From positions 19,074 through 83,073 of the forward strand of contig JBFKAF010000001.1 of the NCBI GenBank assembly GCA_041621735.1: a stretch of 64,000 bases of DNA. The letters run 5' to 3'. The stretch is from Pseudomonas sp. GTDB taxonomy: Bacteria; Pseudomonadota; Gammaproteobacteria; Pseudomonadales; Pseudomonadaceae. A program made the translations under genes and the position numbers. This document shows, piece after piece, positions 20,066 to 28,838 of the stretch. Position 1 is the stretch's first letter; every line of letters starts with the position of its first letter. The notes below the pieces were generated by a model, which was given only the letters and a program-made list of their open reading frames with translations, ran no database searches and had not been told where the DNA came from.

Positions 20066-20560
20066 ATGACAGCCAGTGAACAGCGCCTTATCGACGAATT
20101 GAACATCCAGAAACTGACGGCCGCCTACAGCCACGCGATCATGCGTCTCGATGCCCGGGCAGCCGCCGCCACCTACGCCGAAAACGGCGTTCTGTCCGCC
20201 TTCTATGCCCCCGACATTGTAGGTCGGCAGGCCATCGCCGAGATCCTCACCACCACCCTCAAGCCCATCCAGTTCATCTGCCAGACAGCCTCCTCCGGGG
20301 TGATTGACGTGGACGGCGACCGGGCACGAGCCAGTTGGAGCATCACCGAGCTGCTGCGTTTCAGGGACAAGGAGGAGCTGGCCTGCTGCTTTGGCCTGTA
20401 CGAAGACATCCTGGAGCGCTGCCCTGGCGGTTGGCACTTCGTCAGCCGCCGCTTCGTGCCCTTCTACCGGGGTAGTATTCCCTCGACCGGCAAGCTATAC
20501 CGGGAACCCTCGTTCCAGCATGACTACGCTCCCTGGCCGCTGCTGAACAATCCTGACTGA
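20066..20560 (+). CDS. NTF2-like / SnoaL-like protein
   Basis: IQKLTAAYSHA, IVGRQAI, IDVDGDRARASW, GLYEDIL...GGWHF; GAGG RBS. Confidence 0.85.
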   Translation: MTASEQRLIDELNIQKLTAAYSHAIMRLDARAAAATYAENGVLSAFYAPDIVGRQAIAEILTTTLKPIQFICQTASSGVIDVDGDRARASWSITELLRFRDKEELACCFGLYEDILERCPGGWHFVSRRFVPFYRGSIPSTGKLYREPSFQHDYAPWPLLNNPD

Positions 20561-20627
20561 TCGTCACATCATGATCATGCATGGGTGTTGGCGGTAAAAA
20601 GGCCTGAGCGTCATCTAGGTGCCGATG

Positions 20628-21701
20628 TCACGAGCCAGGGCGGCGGCGCGCACCAAGGGTACCGACCGGGGCCGGTATGTCCAACACGCTGCGCCAGCCG
20701 GGTGCCGCCACGGCGATGCGCGGTAAGAAATTCAGCGCGCGAGCGGCGTTCAGGGCGGCAACATGATCGGGCTCATCGGGATCGGCCACCAGGCCCAGCT
20801 CGCACTGGATCGTCGGTGATCCCTCGATGACCACGCGCCAGTTGGGAGCATGCTCCGAGTCGCGCCAACCCGTGCCGATATCCAGTCGCGTGGTCTGCTC
20901 GTTGATCAGCTCGTAGAACGGCTGGTCATCGGCGAATGCGGTGAAAGTCCAGCGCACACCGGCGACGGTGCCCTTTGCCACTGCAAGCTCACTGGGTTGC
21001 AGAACCATATCGGCTTTCGACGCACCAAATTCCTTGTTGGTCAGGCGCAGTTCATCCATCACCACGCCCAGCCCCTGAGCCACCAGGGCGGCGGACTGGG
21101 CGATGCCCCACATCCATAGCCGGTCTATCTCTGAAGGAGCCTCCGATGGGTCGAAAGGTGCTTCGGGCAAGGGTTGGCCGATGCCCAGGTACTGGCCCAT
21201 CTGCACCGCGGAGGGATAGTGGGGTATGTAGTTGCGCTGCATGGCCCGGACCATGCGGATATTGCTGGAGTAGCCCGAGCAGAACAGCGGCAGCACATCG
21301 CTGATCAGCCCAGGGATGTTGCCGCCGGCGACCAAGGCCGCGCCACCCTGTTCGGCTGCCTCTTGCAGCATCCGGTGTTCTGGCTGGCTCGGCAGATACC
21401 AGCCGCCGATGCCGGAATAGACACTGGTTCCGGCGCGAAGAAAGCGGGCGATGATCTGCGGTTCCCACTTCAGCCCGTGCCAGGACATGACATCGGCACC
21501 CAGAGCCGTAAGCGCGGCGATATCACGCGTGGCCTTGAGGCCGACCGGGGCGACCCCAACGATCTCGCCGACGTCCCGTCCATCTTTCTCCTCGCTGTTC
21601 ACCAGCACGCCGATTAGCTCGAAGGCCGGGTTATGCAGCAGCTGGCGCACCAGTTCGCGGCCGACGCCGCCGGTGTAGCAAACGATCACTCGCCAGGTCA
21701 T
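20628..21701 (-). CDS. DapB-N / 2,4-diaminopentanoate dehydrogenase-like NAD(P)-dependent oxidoreductase (amine dehydrogenase family)
   Basis: YTGGVG Rossmann motif, EKDGRDVGEIVG, GNIPG, VVIEGSP; ATG 21701 after AGGGAG. Confidence 0.75.
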   Translation of the reverse strand: MTWRVIVCYTGGVGRELVRQLLHNPAFELIGVLVNSEEKDGRDVGEIVGVAPVGLKATRDIAALTALGADVMSWHGLKWEPQIIARFLRAGTSVYSGIGGWYLPSQPEHRMLQEAAEQGGAALVAGGNIPGLISDVLPLFCSGYSSNIRMVRAMQRNYIPHYPSAVQMGQYLGIGQPLPEAPFDPSEAPSEIDRLWMWGIAQSAALVAQGLGVVMDELRLTNKEFGASKADMVLQPSELAVAKGTVAGVRWTFTAFADDQPFYELINEQTTRLDIGTGWRDSEHAPNWRVVIEGSPTIQCELGLVADPDEPDHVAALNAARALNFLPRIAVAAPGWRSVLDIPAPVGTLGARRRPGS

Positions 21702-21841
21702 CTGTTTTCTCCCTACTGTGTTTGCCGCGTTCCTGACCATCTGGCAGCACAGGCCACGGAAGCCGAAAGCCAGAAAATCGAAGGCCCCGGTCGTCTAAGC
21801 CGGGGCCCTGTCGAGATGCCAGGACCTCCTGCTGCCTTGGC

Positions 21842-22621
21842 TTACAGACCGACGAATTCCGGGGCACGCTTGTTGAGAAAGGCATCCACGGCCTCCCGAT
21901 GGTCCTTGGTCAGATAAAGTGCTGCCTGGTTGTCCATCTCGTAATCCAGGGCATCGCCGAGACAGGTAACGCCGCGGGCCAGGGCCGAGCGCACCAAGGC
22001 GACGGACAATGGTGCATTGGCGGTGAACTCGGCGGCGATCTCCAGGCTCCGCGCCAGCGGGTCGACACCCTCTTCCAAGAGTTCGTCCACTATGCCCAGC
22101 TGAGCCGCTTCGGCCGAGGCCACCACCCGCGCGCTATAGAAGATCCGCTTGGCCTGGGCCAGGCCTACACGCTGCGGCAGGGCCCAGAGCAGACCGAGGT
22201 CTGGAATCAAGCCCACCTTGGCAAAGGACGATACGAACTTGGCGCAGGGCGCTGCCACCACAAAATCCGCAGCCGTCGCCAGGGAGAAACCAGCACCCGC
22301 GGCGTAACCTTCCACCATCGCCACCACCGGCTTGGTGCTCTCCACAACGGCCCGAATCACCCGATGGCCAAGCACCATACGACCGCGCCCCACCGGCAAA
22401 GGCCGCTCGGCCGACATACCGGATACATCACCACCCGAGCAGAAGTGACCATTGGCGCCCTTGAGCACAATGGCTCGCACTTCGGCATCGTCGTTCAACG
22501 CCTCCAGGCACTCGGCCAACGCGAACAGCATGTCCCGCGACAACGCATTGCGGGTCTTATCGTTGTGCAAGGTCACGACGGCAACGGCGCCGTGCCTTTC
22601 CTGCAAGACCAATTCACTCAT
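21842..22621 (-). CDS. Enoyl-CoA hydratase/isomerase family protein
   Basis: RNAL, FCSGGD, GYAAGAG, FAKVGLIPDLG, DHREAVDAFLNKR. Confidence 0.9.
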   Translation of the reverse strand: MSELVLQERHGAVAVVTLHNDKTRNALSRDMLFALAECLEALNDDAEVRAIVLKGANGHFCSGGDVSGMSAERPLPVGRGRMVLGHRVIRAVVESTKPVVAMVEGYAAGAGFSLATAADFVVAAPCAKFVSSFAKVGLIPDLGLLWALPQRVGLAQAKRIFYSARVVASAEAAQLGIVDELLEEGVDPLARSLEIAAEFTANAPLSVALVRSALARGVTCLGDALDYEMDNQAALYLTKDHREAVDAFLNKRAPEFVGL

Positions 22622-22622
22622 A

Positions 22623-23516
22623 TTACGCTCCAGAGGCCAGCAGCCCGCGTAGCATCGCTATCACCGCGAGGGGCTGGTCAATCATCATGTGATGGTAGGT
22701 TCCTGGCATACCGAACGGCCCTCGGCCCAGGGGTAATAGGTCGACGGCCTGCTGGGCGTCCTTGCGGTTGACCACAGGGCTGCATTCGCCATAGATCACA
22801 TCCACCGGGCGCGAGACACGCGGCAACAGGCTGATGCCCGCTTCCTCATGAGCGAGACCGATCGGAAGATTGAGGTCGAACTTCCAGCACCATCCCTCTT
22901 CCTCCTCGCGCAGCGAGTGGCGGGCGATATTCGCCAGAATCGGCACTACAGGGTTCGGTTGCTCCGGCATCAGCCGATAGCGCTGCAAGGCGCTGGAGAT
23001 ACCCGGGTAGTAACGCTTGCTAGCGGTATTGGCGGTATCGATGGGAATCTCAACACCGGGCAACAGGATGAATGAATCCAGTACAAGCAAGCGTTCGAAT
23101 AGATCAGGACGGTCGGCGCAGGCACGTAGCACCCGCGAACCGCCATAACTGTGACCGACGCCGATCACCGGGCCGAATCCGGCACCTTCGATCAGGTCGA
23201 TGATATCCAGGGCACCGAATTGCTCCGGATAGCTCTGACGATGGTCGCTGTCGCCCATGCCGGACAGGTCCAGAGCAACCACACGATAATTTTCACTGAA
23301 ACAGGGCGCTATGGCGTCCCACCAATGAGCATGACCACGCATACCGTGCACCAGCAACAGTACCGGCCGTTCTGGCTTATCCTCGCCCCAACTCAGGTAA
23401 TGCAGGCGCCGACCGTCCACCTCGAGAAAGCATGAACGGCCCGGGCGCTGCATTGCCCAGGTGAGCCAGGTGGGTACTTCCGCCTGCTCGTACTCCTGTG
23501 CAATGCCCATCAGCAC
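22623..23516 (-). CDS. Alpha/beta hydrolase
   Basis: HGMRGHAHWWD, DLSGMGDS, GHSYGG nucleophile, YHHMMIDQP. Confidence 0.88.
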   Translation of the reverse strand: MLMGIAQEYEQAEVPTWLTWAMQRPGRSCFLEVDGRRLHYLSWGEDKPERPVLLLVHGMRGHAHWWDAIAPCFSENYRVVALDLSGMGDSDHRQSYPEQFGALDIIDLIEGAGFGPVIGVGHSYGGSRVLRACADRPDLFERLLVLDSFILLPGVEIPIDTANTASKRYYPGISSALQRYRLMPEQPNPVVPILANIARHSLREEEEGWCWKFDLNLPIGLAHEEAGISLLPRVSRPVDVIYGECSPVVNRKDAQQAVDLLPLGRGPFGMPGTYHHMMIDQPLAVIAMLRGLLASGA

Positions 23517-24311
23517 TTACTTCTTGTTGAATACAGGCTTGCGCTTCTCGCGGAAGGCCGCGATGGCTTCCACGTGGTCCGGATGCTGCGAGGAGATGTT
23601 CTCGTAGGCCATGCCCACGTCCATCATGCTGGCGGCCATCTGGCGCAGCGGCACGTTGATGGTGGTCTTGCTCCAGCGCAGCGACTGGACCGGCATGGCG
23701 GCCAGCTTGTCGGCGTAGGCGTCAACGTAATCATTCAGCTCTGCGGCTGGCATGGCCTTGTTGATCAGACCAAAACGTTCGGCGTCTGCAGCGGTCAGCT
23801 TCTCACCGGTGAACAGGTAGTGTTTGGCGCGGGCATAGCCCATCAGGTAGGGCCACATGATCTGGCCGCCGTCGCCGCTGATCAGCGCGACGTTGTTATG
23901 CGGGTCGCCAAAGCGTGCGGTGTCGGCCGCGAAGATCACGTCGCTGAACACGGCGACGGTCGAACCCAGCCCGATGGCATCGCCATTGACCTTGCAGATG
24001 ATCGGCTTGTCGCACTCCAGCATGCCATTGACGATGCGCTTGGCTTCGCGAACGCAGCGATAGAACTCGGTCGGGTTGTCATGCAGCCACTGCATGTACT
24101 CGATGTCACCACCAGCGCTGAAGGCGCGGCCAGCACCGGTGAGGACGATGATGTCGCTTTCTTTGTCTTCGACCAGGTCGTAGAACAGCCAGGACAGTTC
24201 GGTATGCGACTCCCCGGCAAAGCTGTTGAGTTTTTCAGGCTGGTTGAAGGTTACGTTCAGAACGCGGCCACGGCGTTCAAAGGTCATCGTCTTATAGTCA
24301 GCGAAATTCAT
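23517..24311 (-). CDS. Crotonase-family protein with 6-oxocamphor-hydrolase-like His/Asp motif
   Basis: AFSAGGD, NGDAIGLG, FGDPHNNVALISGDGGQIMWP. Confidence 0.85.
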   Translation of the reverse strand: MNFADYKTMTFERRGRVLNVTFNQPEKLNSFAGESHTELSWLFYDLVEDKESDIIVLTGAGRAFSAGGDIEYMQWLHDNPTEFYRCVREAKRIVNGMLECDKPIICKVNGDAIGLGSTVAVFSDVIFAADTARFGDPHNNVALISGDGGQIMWPYLMGYARAKHYLFTGEKLTAADAERFGLINKAMPAAELNDYVDAYADKLAAMPVQSLRWSKTTINVPLRQMAASMMDVGMAYENISSQHPDHVEAIAAFREKRKPVFNKK

Positions 24312-24352
24312 CGTCGCGCTCCAAGGTCATGCGGGCTGTAGGTGTTTTTCAA

Positions 24353-24371
24353 AGCTGACATTTGGTCAGTT
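24353..24371. promoter_or_regulatory. Cluster-wide operator, copy 3
   Basis: AGCTGAC-ATTTG-GTCAGTT in a divergent intergenic region. Confidence 0.8.
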
Positions 24372-24546
24372 CTGTGTAGAATGTATAGCACCGAAGACGG
24401 ACTGGCAAGCAACTCGCTGCATACAACGCGAAGCCAGACCACTTGCTGGTCCCATCGAGCCAACGGTAAGCGGCACTGCAGATGGCCTGGAGCAGGAACA
24501 GCCCGGTAAAACTGACTCATAACCCATTCAATCCAGGAGCTCACCC

Positions 24547-25629
24547 ATGCGGATCTTTGCGGCAACTTCTCGATACGTTCAGGGTGTCAATGCGCTGGAC
24601 GACCTCGGCCAACATTGCCGCCCCTTGGGCAGCCATGCCTTGGTAGTCACCGATGCGGACATGGCCCGCCTGTTAGGTGCCCGCGTCTCGGCCAGCTTCG
24701 AGGCAGCCGGCATGACATCCTCGCTACAAGTCTTCCCCGGTGAGATCACCCATGCCGCGATTGCCGCCTTGGCAGAACTGGCGCGAGACTTCGGCGCCGA
24801 TATGGTGGTAGGACTGGGCGGCGGCAAAGCCCTGGACACCGCCAAAGGTGTCGCGCTCAAGCTCGGCGTACGCGCTGTCAGCGTGCCCACCATTGCCTCC
24901 AATGACGGGCCCGCCAGCGCCGCCATTGCCATCTACGATGAACACCACATCATGCAGGACATCGTGCACCTGCCACGCAACCCGGAGCTGGTGCTGGTAG
25001 ACACCCAGGTCATTGCCAATGCACCGGTGAGATTCCTGCGTGCAGGGATTGGCGATGCCATTTCCAAAAAATTCGAGGCGGAAGCCTGTGCCGCGGCCGG
25101 CGCGACGACCCTGCTCGGCACGCCGGCCTCGCTGACCGGCCTGATGGCCGCTGACGCCTGCTACCGAATCATCCGCCAGCACGCTGTCGGCGCCATACGT
25201 GCGGTCGAACAGCACCAAGTCAACGACGACCTGGAAGCCCTGGTGGAGGCCGCTGTTCTGCTCAGCACCCTGAGTTTCGAGAACGGCGGCCTGTCACTGG
25301 CTCACGCGCTGGCGCGCGGTTTTTCCTACTTGGAGCGGGCCCGTGGCACCCTTCACGGCGACCATGTTGCCTACGGCCTACTGGTGCAATTGGCGATGGA
25401 ACAACGCAGCGCCGAGTACATCCTCGAACTCTGTACCTTCTATCGGGAAATTGGGCTGCCTACGTGCCTCGCAGACTTCGGCCTGGAAAAACCTTCCGCA
25501 CAGGAGATCCGTGAACTGGCCGATAAATCCATGGTCAGCCCCAGCGCGGCGCGCTTCGCGCCAACGGTGGATGCCGTCCAACTGGAAACGGCGATCCTGC
25601 AGGTCGAGGCACTGACCGCACAGGCCTGA
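24547..25629 (+). CDS. Glycerol dehydrogenase family (Fe/Zn-containing polyol dehydrogenase)
   Basis: GLGGGKALDTAK, PTIASND, AGIGDAISK..EA, FENGGLSLAH, LHGDHVAYG. Confidence 0.88.
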   Translation: MRIFAATSRYVQGVNALDDLGQHCRPLGSHALVVTDADMARLLGARVSASFEAAGMTSSLQVFPGEITHAAIAALAELARDFGADMVVGLGGGKALDTAKGVALKLGVRAVSVPTIASNDGPASAAIAIYDEHHIMQDIVHLPRNPELVLVDTQVIANAPVRFLRAGIGDAISKKFEAEACAAAGATTLLGTPASLTGLMAADACYRIIRQHAVGAIRAVEQHQVNDDLEALVEAAVLLSTLSFENGGLSLAHALARGFSYLERARGTLHGDHVAYGLLVQLAMEQRSAEYILELCTFYREIGLPTCLADFGLEKPSAQEIRELADKSMVSPSAARFAPTVDAVQLETAILQVEALTAQA

Positions 25630-25720
25630 CGGCGCCAAAGCCGAGGGGTGGCGCCACCCCACGGTCAAGCACCCGCAGGAAACCATATACGCCGAGAGTT
25701 GGGCAGGCTGCACGCAAAGA

Positions 25721-25744
25721 AACGGGGAGCCTAGGCTCCCCGTT
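25721..25744. terminator. Probable bidirectional terminator between convergent genes
   Basis: Perfect palindrome AACGGGGAGCCT-AGGCTCCCCGTT; followed by TCTTT on the minus strand. Confidence 0.75.
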
Positions 25745-25761
25745 GTCTATACCCGATCCGC

Positions 25762-26568
25762 TTAGCCAAAGCGCGCCAGCAACGCCGCCATGCCCGGAGA
25801 CGGAACCATTTTGCCCGGGTTGTAGAAGGGCGAGAGCACACGCAGCAAGCGCTTGCGACTGGCCTTGGCAATCTTCCCTTTCAAAGTCTTCTGCCGCTCA
25901 ATCGAGCGCTCGCGCTGATCCGGGGTCATGGCATCACGGTCGACCCCATTGAGGTAGGCCGCAACCTTGGCCGTATGGCCGCCGATGTGTTTGACTGCGA
26001 AGATGAACGCCCACACCCGGTACAGATAGGCGAACAGCCCCTTGCCGTAGAGCGCTTCATAAGCCTGAAAACAGACCTCGCGGTGCTCGAACTCTTCCGC
26101 CAGATGCCACTTCCACAGATCCACCGCAGACTGATCAGCACCTTCTAGGTACTCCTCGAGCTCCTCGAAGAACACCTGGCCGGCCGATGACCCCATGGCC
26201 TCGAAGCCCTCGCAATAAGCGACATTAAAACGCAGCGACTTGTTCTCCAGGAAGTTGGCGTAGTCATCGCGGTAGGGCTTCTCCAATTCCTCCATGCCGG
26301 CATAGCCGTTGGCATAGAGCATCTTGTTGAAGGCCACGTGCTGCTTGCAGTGCTGCACTTCCTGCTTGTTGAAGACCTCGATGTCCTCACGCAACGCCTT
26401 GTGCTTATCGCCCAGTTCGTCCTTGACCCGCATCATAACCTTGACTAGGAAAGGCTCGATATGAGCGGGCACTGTAGAGAAGGCATTGTAGCTTTGGGCA
26501 AACTCGCGCACAGGTGCCCAGTGCGGGTGAATGCTGGAAAAATCGAAGACGGGTCGGCGGACTTTCAT
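25762..26568 (-). CDS. Predicted metal-dependent hydrolase (ferritin-like, PF10118-type)
   Basis: EPFL, QEVQH, EGFE, WKWHLAEEFEHR, PFYNP. Confidence 0.8.
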   Translation of the reverse strand: MKVRRPVFDFSSIHPHWAPVREFAQSYNAFSTVPAHIEPFLVKVMMRVKDELGDKHKALREDIEVFNKQEVQHCKQHVAFNKMLYANGYAGMEELEKPYRDDYANFLENKSLRFNVAYCEGFEAMGSSAGQVFFEELEEYLEGADQSAVDLWKWHLAEEFEHREVCFQAYEALYGKGLFAYLYRVWAFIFAVKHIGGHTAKVAAYLNGVDRDAMTPDQRERSIERQKTLKGKIAKASRKRLLRVLSPFYNPGKMVPSPGMAALLARFG

Positions 26569-26655
26569 CCCACTATTCCTCTTATTGTCATGTGATGCAC
26601 CCGGTACATACTCAGGTACTTGCCAGCGCGTTTATATGCAAAAAACCGACGCAAT

Positions 26656-26674
26656 AAATGACTTAGTGTTATTT
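26656..26674. promoter_or_regulatory. Cluster-wide operator, copy 4
   Basis: AAATGAC-TTAGT-GTTATTT. Confidence 0.65.
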
Positions 26675-26754
26675 ATATGCCCATAGCAGACCGCAGTCAA
26701 CTGCCGCCGTGATGACGTTCGACAGGTGTTATTAAAGCTAATGAGAGTCGGTAG

Positions 26755-27888
26755 TCAGCCCCTGCCCCAGCGTCGGATATCCTCGACGAAGGGGCCGGGA
26801 ACCTCCATGGCGGCGAAGTGCCCGCCCTCTCCCAGACTGCTCCAGCCGGCAAGGTTGTAAACCAGCTCCACCCGGCTGCGCGGTGGTGCAGGCGCCAGCG
26901 CATCGCCCATGCATGCGAGGAAATGCGTAGGCACTTCGCAACGCACGCCTTCCGGCAGCAAGGTGAAACCATCCCTAACCACTCCTGGATAGAACCAGGC
27001 GGCGCTGGTGAAGCTTCCGGTCATCACGTAGATCAGGATATTGGTCAGCAAGCTGTCGAGACTGAACACCTCCTCAAACGGACGACGACCAAGGTCAGCC
27101 CAATCATGGAAGCGTTCGACGATCCAGGCGGCCTGCCCCATGGGATTGTCCGCGGTGGCCCAGGCGATGGACTGCGGCTTGGTCATCTGCACGGCGGCAT
27201 AGCCGCTGTAGCCACGCTGGGCGCCCTCCGAGCGCACTTGCCAGGCCTTCTCGGCGTCGTTCCGCGGCGCTACCAGCGAGCGAAAGCCCAGCATGTTGAG
27301 GTGGATGCCCTCTACATTCGCGCCGTGGTCCAGGCCCAGCCAGGACGTGACGATGGCACCCCAATCGCCGCCCTGAGCGCGGTACTTGCTATAGCCGAGC
27401 ACCTCGGTCATCAGCTTGTTCCACAAGGCTGCGGTCTGCCGCTGGGAGCCGACCCCGGCCGGTTTTCCGCTGAAACCGAAGCCTGGCAGGCTGGGAATAA
27501 TCAGGTCGAAAGCGTCCTCGACCTTGCCGCCATGCCTAGAGGGGTAGGCCAGCGGCTCGACGACTTGCCAGAATTCGAAATGCGACCCCGGCCAACCATG
27601 GGTCAGCAACAAAGGCCGGCGCCCCTCGGCCTCACCCTTGACGTGAAGAAAGTGTACCAGCTGGCCGCCGATCTCCACCTGATACTGCGGATAGCGGTTT
27701 AACCTGTCCATGCATGCCTGCCAGTCGAACGCCTCGACCCAATGGCGTTGCAGGCCAGCGAGGAAGTCCGCATCACAACCCAGCGTCCAGCCGGCATCGG
27801 CGGGAGCTGGCGGGAGCCGGCAATCGGCAACCTTTGCAGTGACGCGCTCGATCTCGGCTCGCGTCCACTCAACCTGGAATGCTTTCAT
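26755..27888 (-). CDS. Epoxide hydrolase family (microsomal/EHN type)
   Basis: HGWPGS, PSLPGFGFS, QGGDWG nucleophile Asp, GGHFAAME. Confidence 0.9.
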   Translation of the reverse strand: MKAFQVEWTRAEIERVTAKVADCRLPPAPADAGWTLGCDADFLAGLQRHWVEAFDWQACMDRLNRYPQYQVEIGGQLVHFLHVKGEAEGRRPLLLTHGWPGSHFEFWQVVEPLAYPSRHGGKVEDAFDLIIPSLPGFGFSGKPAGVGSQRQTAALWNKLMTEVLGYSKYRAQGGDWGAIVTSWLGLDHGANVEGIHLNMLGFRSLVAPRNDAEKAWQVRSEGAQRGYSGYAAVQMTKPQSIAWATADNPMGQAAWIVERFHDWADLGRRPFEEVFSLDSLLTNILIYVMTGSFTSAAWFYPGVVRDGFTLLPEGVRCEVPTHFLACMGDALAPAPPRSRVELVYNLAGWSSLGEGGHFAAMEVPGPFVEDIRRWGRG

Positions 27889-27960
27889 TTTTATTGTCTA
27901 CCTGCTGCGAAACGTGGAAGTACCGGCTGCCTGGGCGGCCTCACAAAATCAAGATCAGGA

Positions 27961-28779
27961 TCAGGACCAAGACCAGTCCGGGTCGCGTTTCTCCATGTAG
28001 GCCTTGCGGGCCTCCAGGGAGTCGTTATAACGCGTGACCCGGCCTGTGTAGTCCTGCTCGATGCGGTAACCGTCCTTGAGCGGCAAGTCCTCCACCCGAC
28101 TCAGGGACTCCTTGCCCAGACGCAAGCCGATCGGACTATTGCGCGCGACCTGCGCCGCCAGCGCCTGAGCCGTGGCCATCAGTTCTGCCGGTGCCACCAC
28201 CGCCTCCACTGCGCCCAGGCGATAGAACTCCTCGGCCGGCACTGCTTCTCCGGTGAAGAACATGCGCCGCGTCTTGAACGGGCCAACCAGGCGCTGCAGG
28301 TGTCGCGCACCGCCCAACACGCCGGCCTTTATCTCGGGCACGGAAAAGCTGGCGTTGCTCGAGCAGACGATCATGTCGCAGCTGGCCACCAGCACCAACC
28401 CGGCGCCAATGGCCTTGCCGTTGACCGCGGCAATCACCGGCAGTGGACATTCCAGAATCGCCCAGAAACACTCGCGCACCACTGCGCCTGGGTCCAGCAG
28501 ATCGATGCTGCTGTCACCCTCGGTCAACTGCCGGGCATGCCGACGCGCTGAGTCATGCAAATCGATACCAGCACAGAAAACCTTCTCACCGGGGGCCGTG
28601 AAGACAATCACACTGGCCTCGGTCGAGCGCGCCAGTGCGTTAAAGGTGGCAGTCAGCTCGCGAACGGCCACGGAGTCCAGGGCATTGACCGGTGCGCGGT
28701 CCAGGGTAACGGTCGCGATACGGTCGCGTATTTCGGTGCGCACGTAACGCATCTGGGACAGACTGGCAGTGACACTCAT
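27961..28779 (-). CDS. Enoyl-CoA hydratase family, EchA20-like
   Basis: PVNAL, FCAGID, PEIKAGVLGGARHLQRLV, YRIEQDYT. Confidence 0.82.
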   Translation of the reverse strand: MSVTASLSQMRYVRTEIRDRIATVTLDRAPVNALDSVAVRELTATFNALARSTEASVIVFTAPGEKVFCAGIDLHDSARRHARQLTEGDSSIDLLDPGAVVRECFWAILECPLPVIAAVNGKAIGAGLVLVASCDMIVCSSNASFSVPEIKAGVLGGARHLQRLVGPFKTRRMFFTGEAVPAEEFYRLGAVEAVVAPAELMATAQALAAQVARNSPIGLRLGKESLSRVEDLPLKDGYRIEQDYTGRVTRYNDSLEARKAYMEKRDPDWSWS

Positions 28780-28838
28780 GGTTCGAATTCTCCGCAATAC
28801 GTTGTCTGGGCCGGCGGCCTGATGGATGGCTAATCGAC

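Noticed and set aside
24510-24516. AACTGAC half-site upstream of the glycerol dehydrogenase-family gene
   Set aside because: No matching right half; could be chance.
24547-25629. Assigning symbols gldA, betA (38576..40243), glcE or tesB
   Set aside because: Context indicates paralogs with other substrates; orthology cannot be shown without searches.
27945-27975. Degenerate hexamer run AAGATC AGGATC AGGACC AAGACC
   Set aside because: Only 4-5 imperfect units spanning a stop codon; probably local slippage with no evident function.
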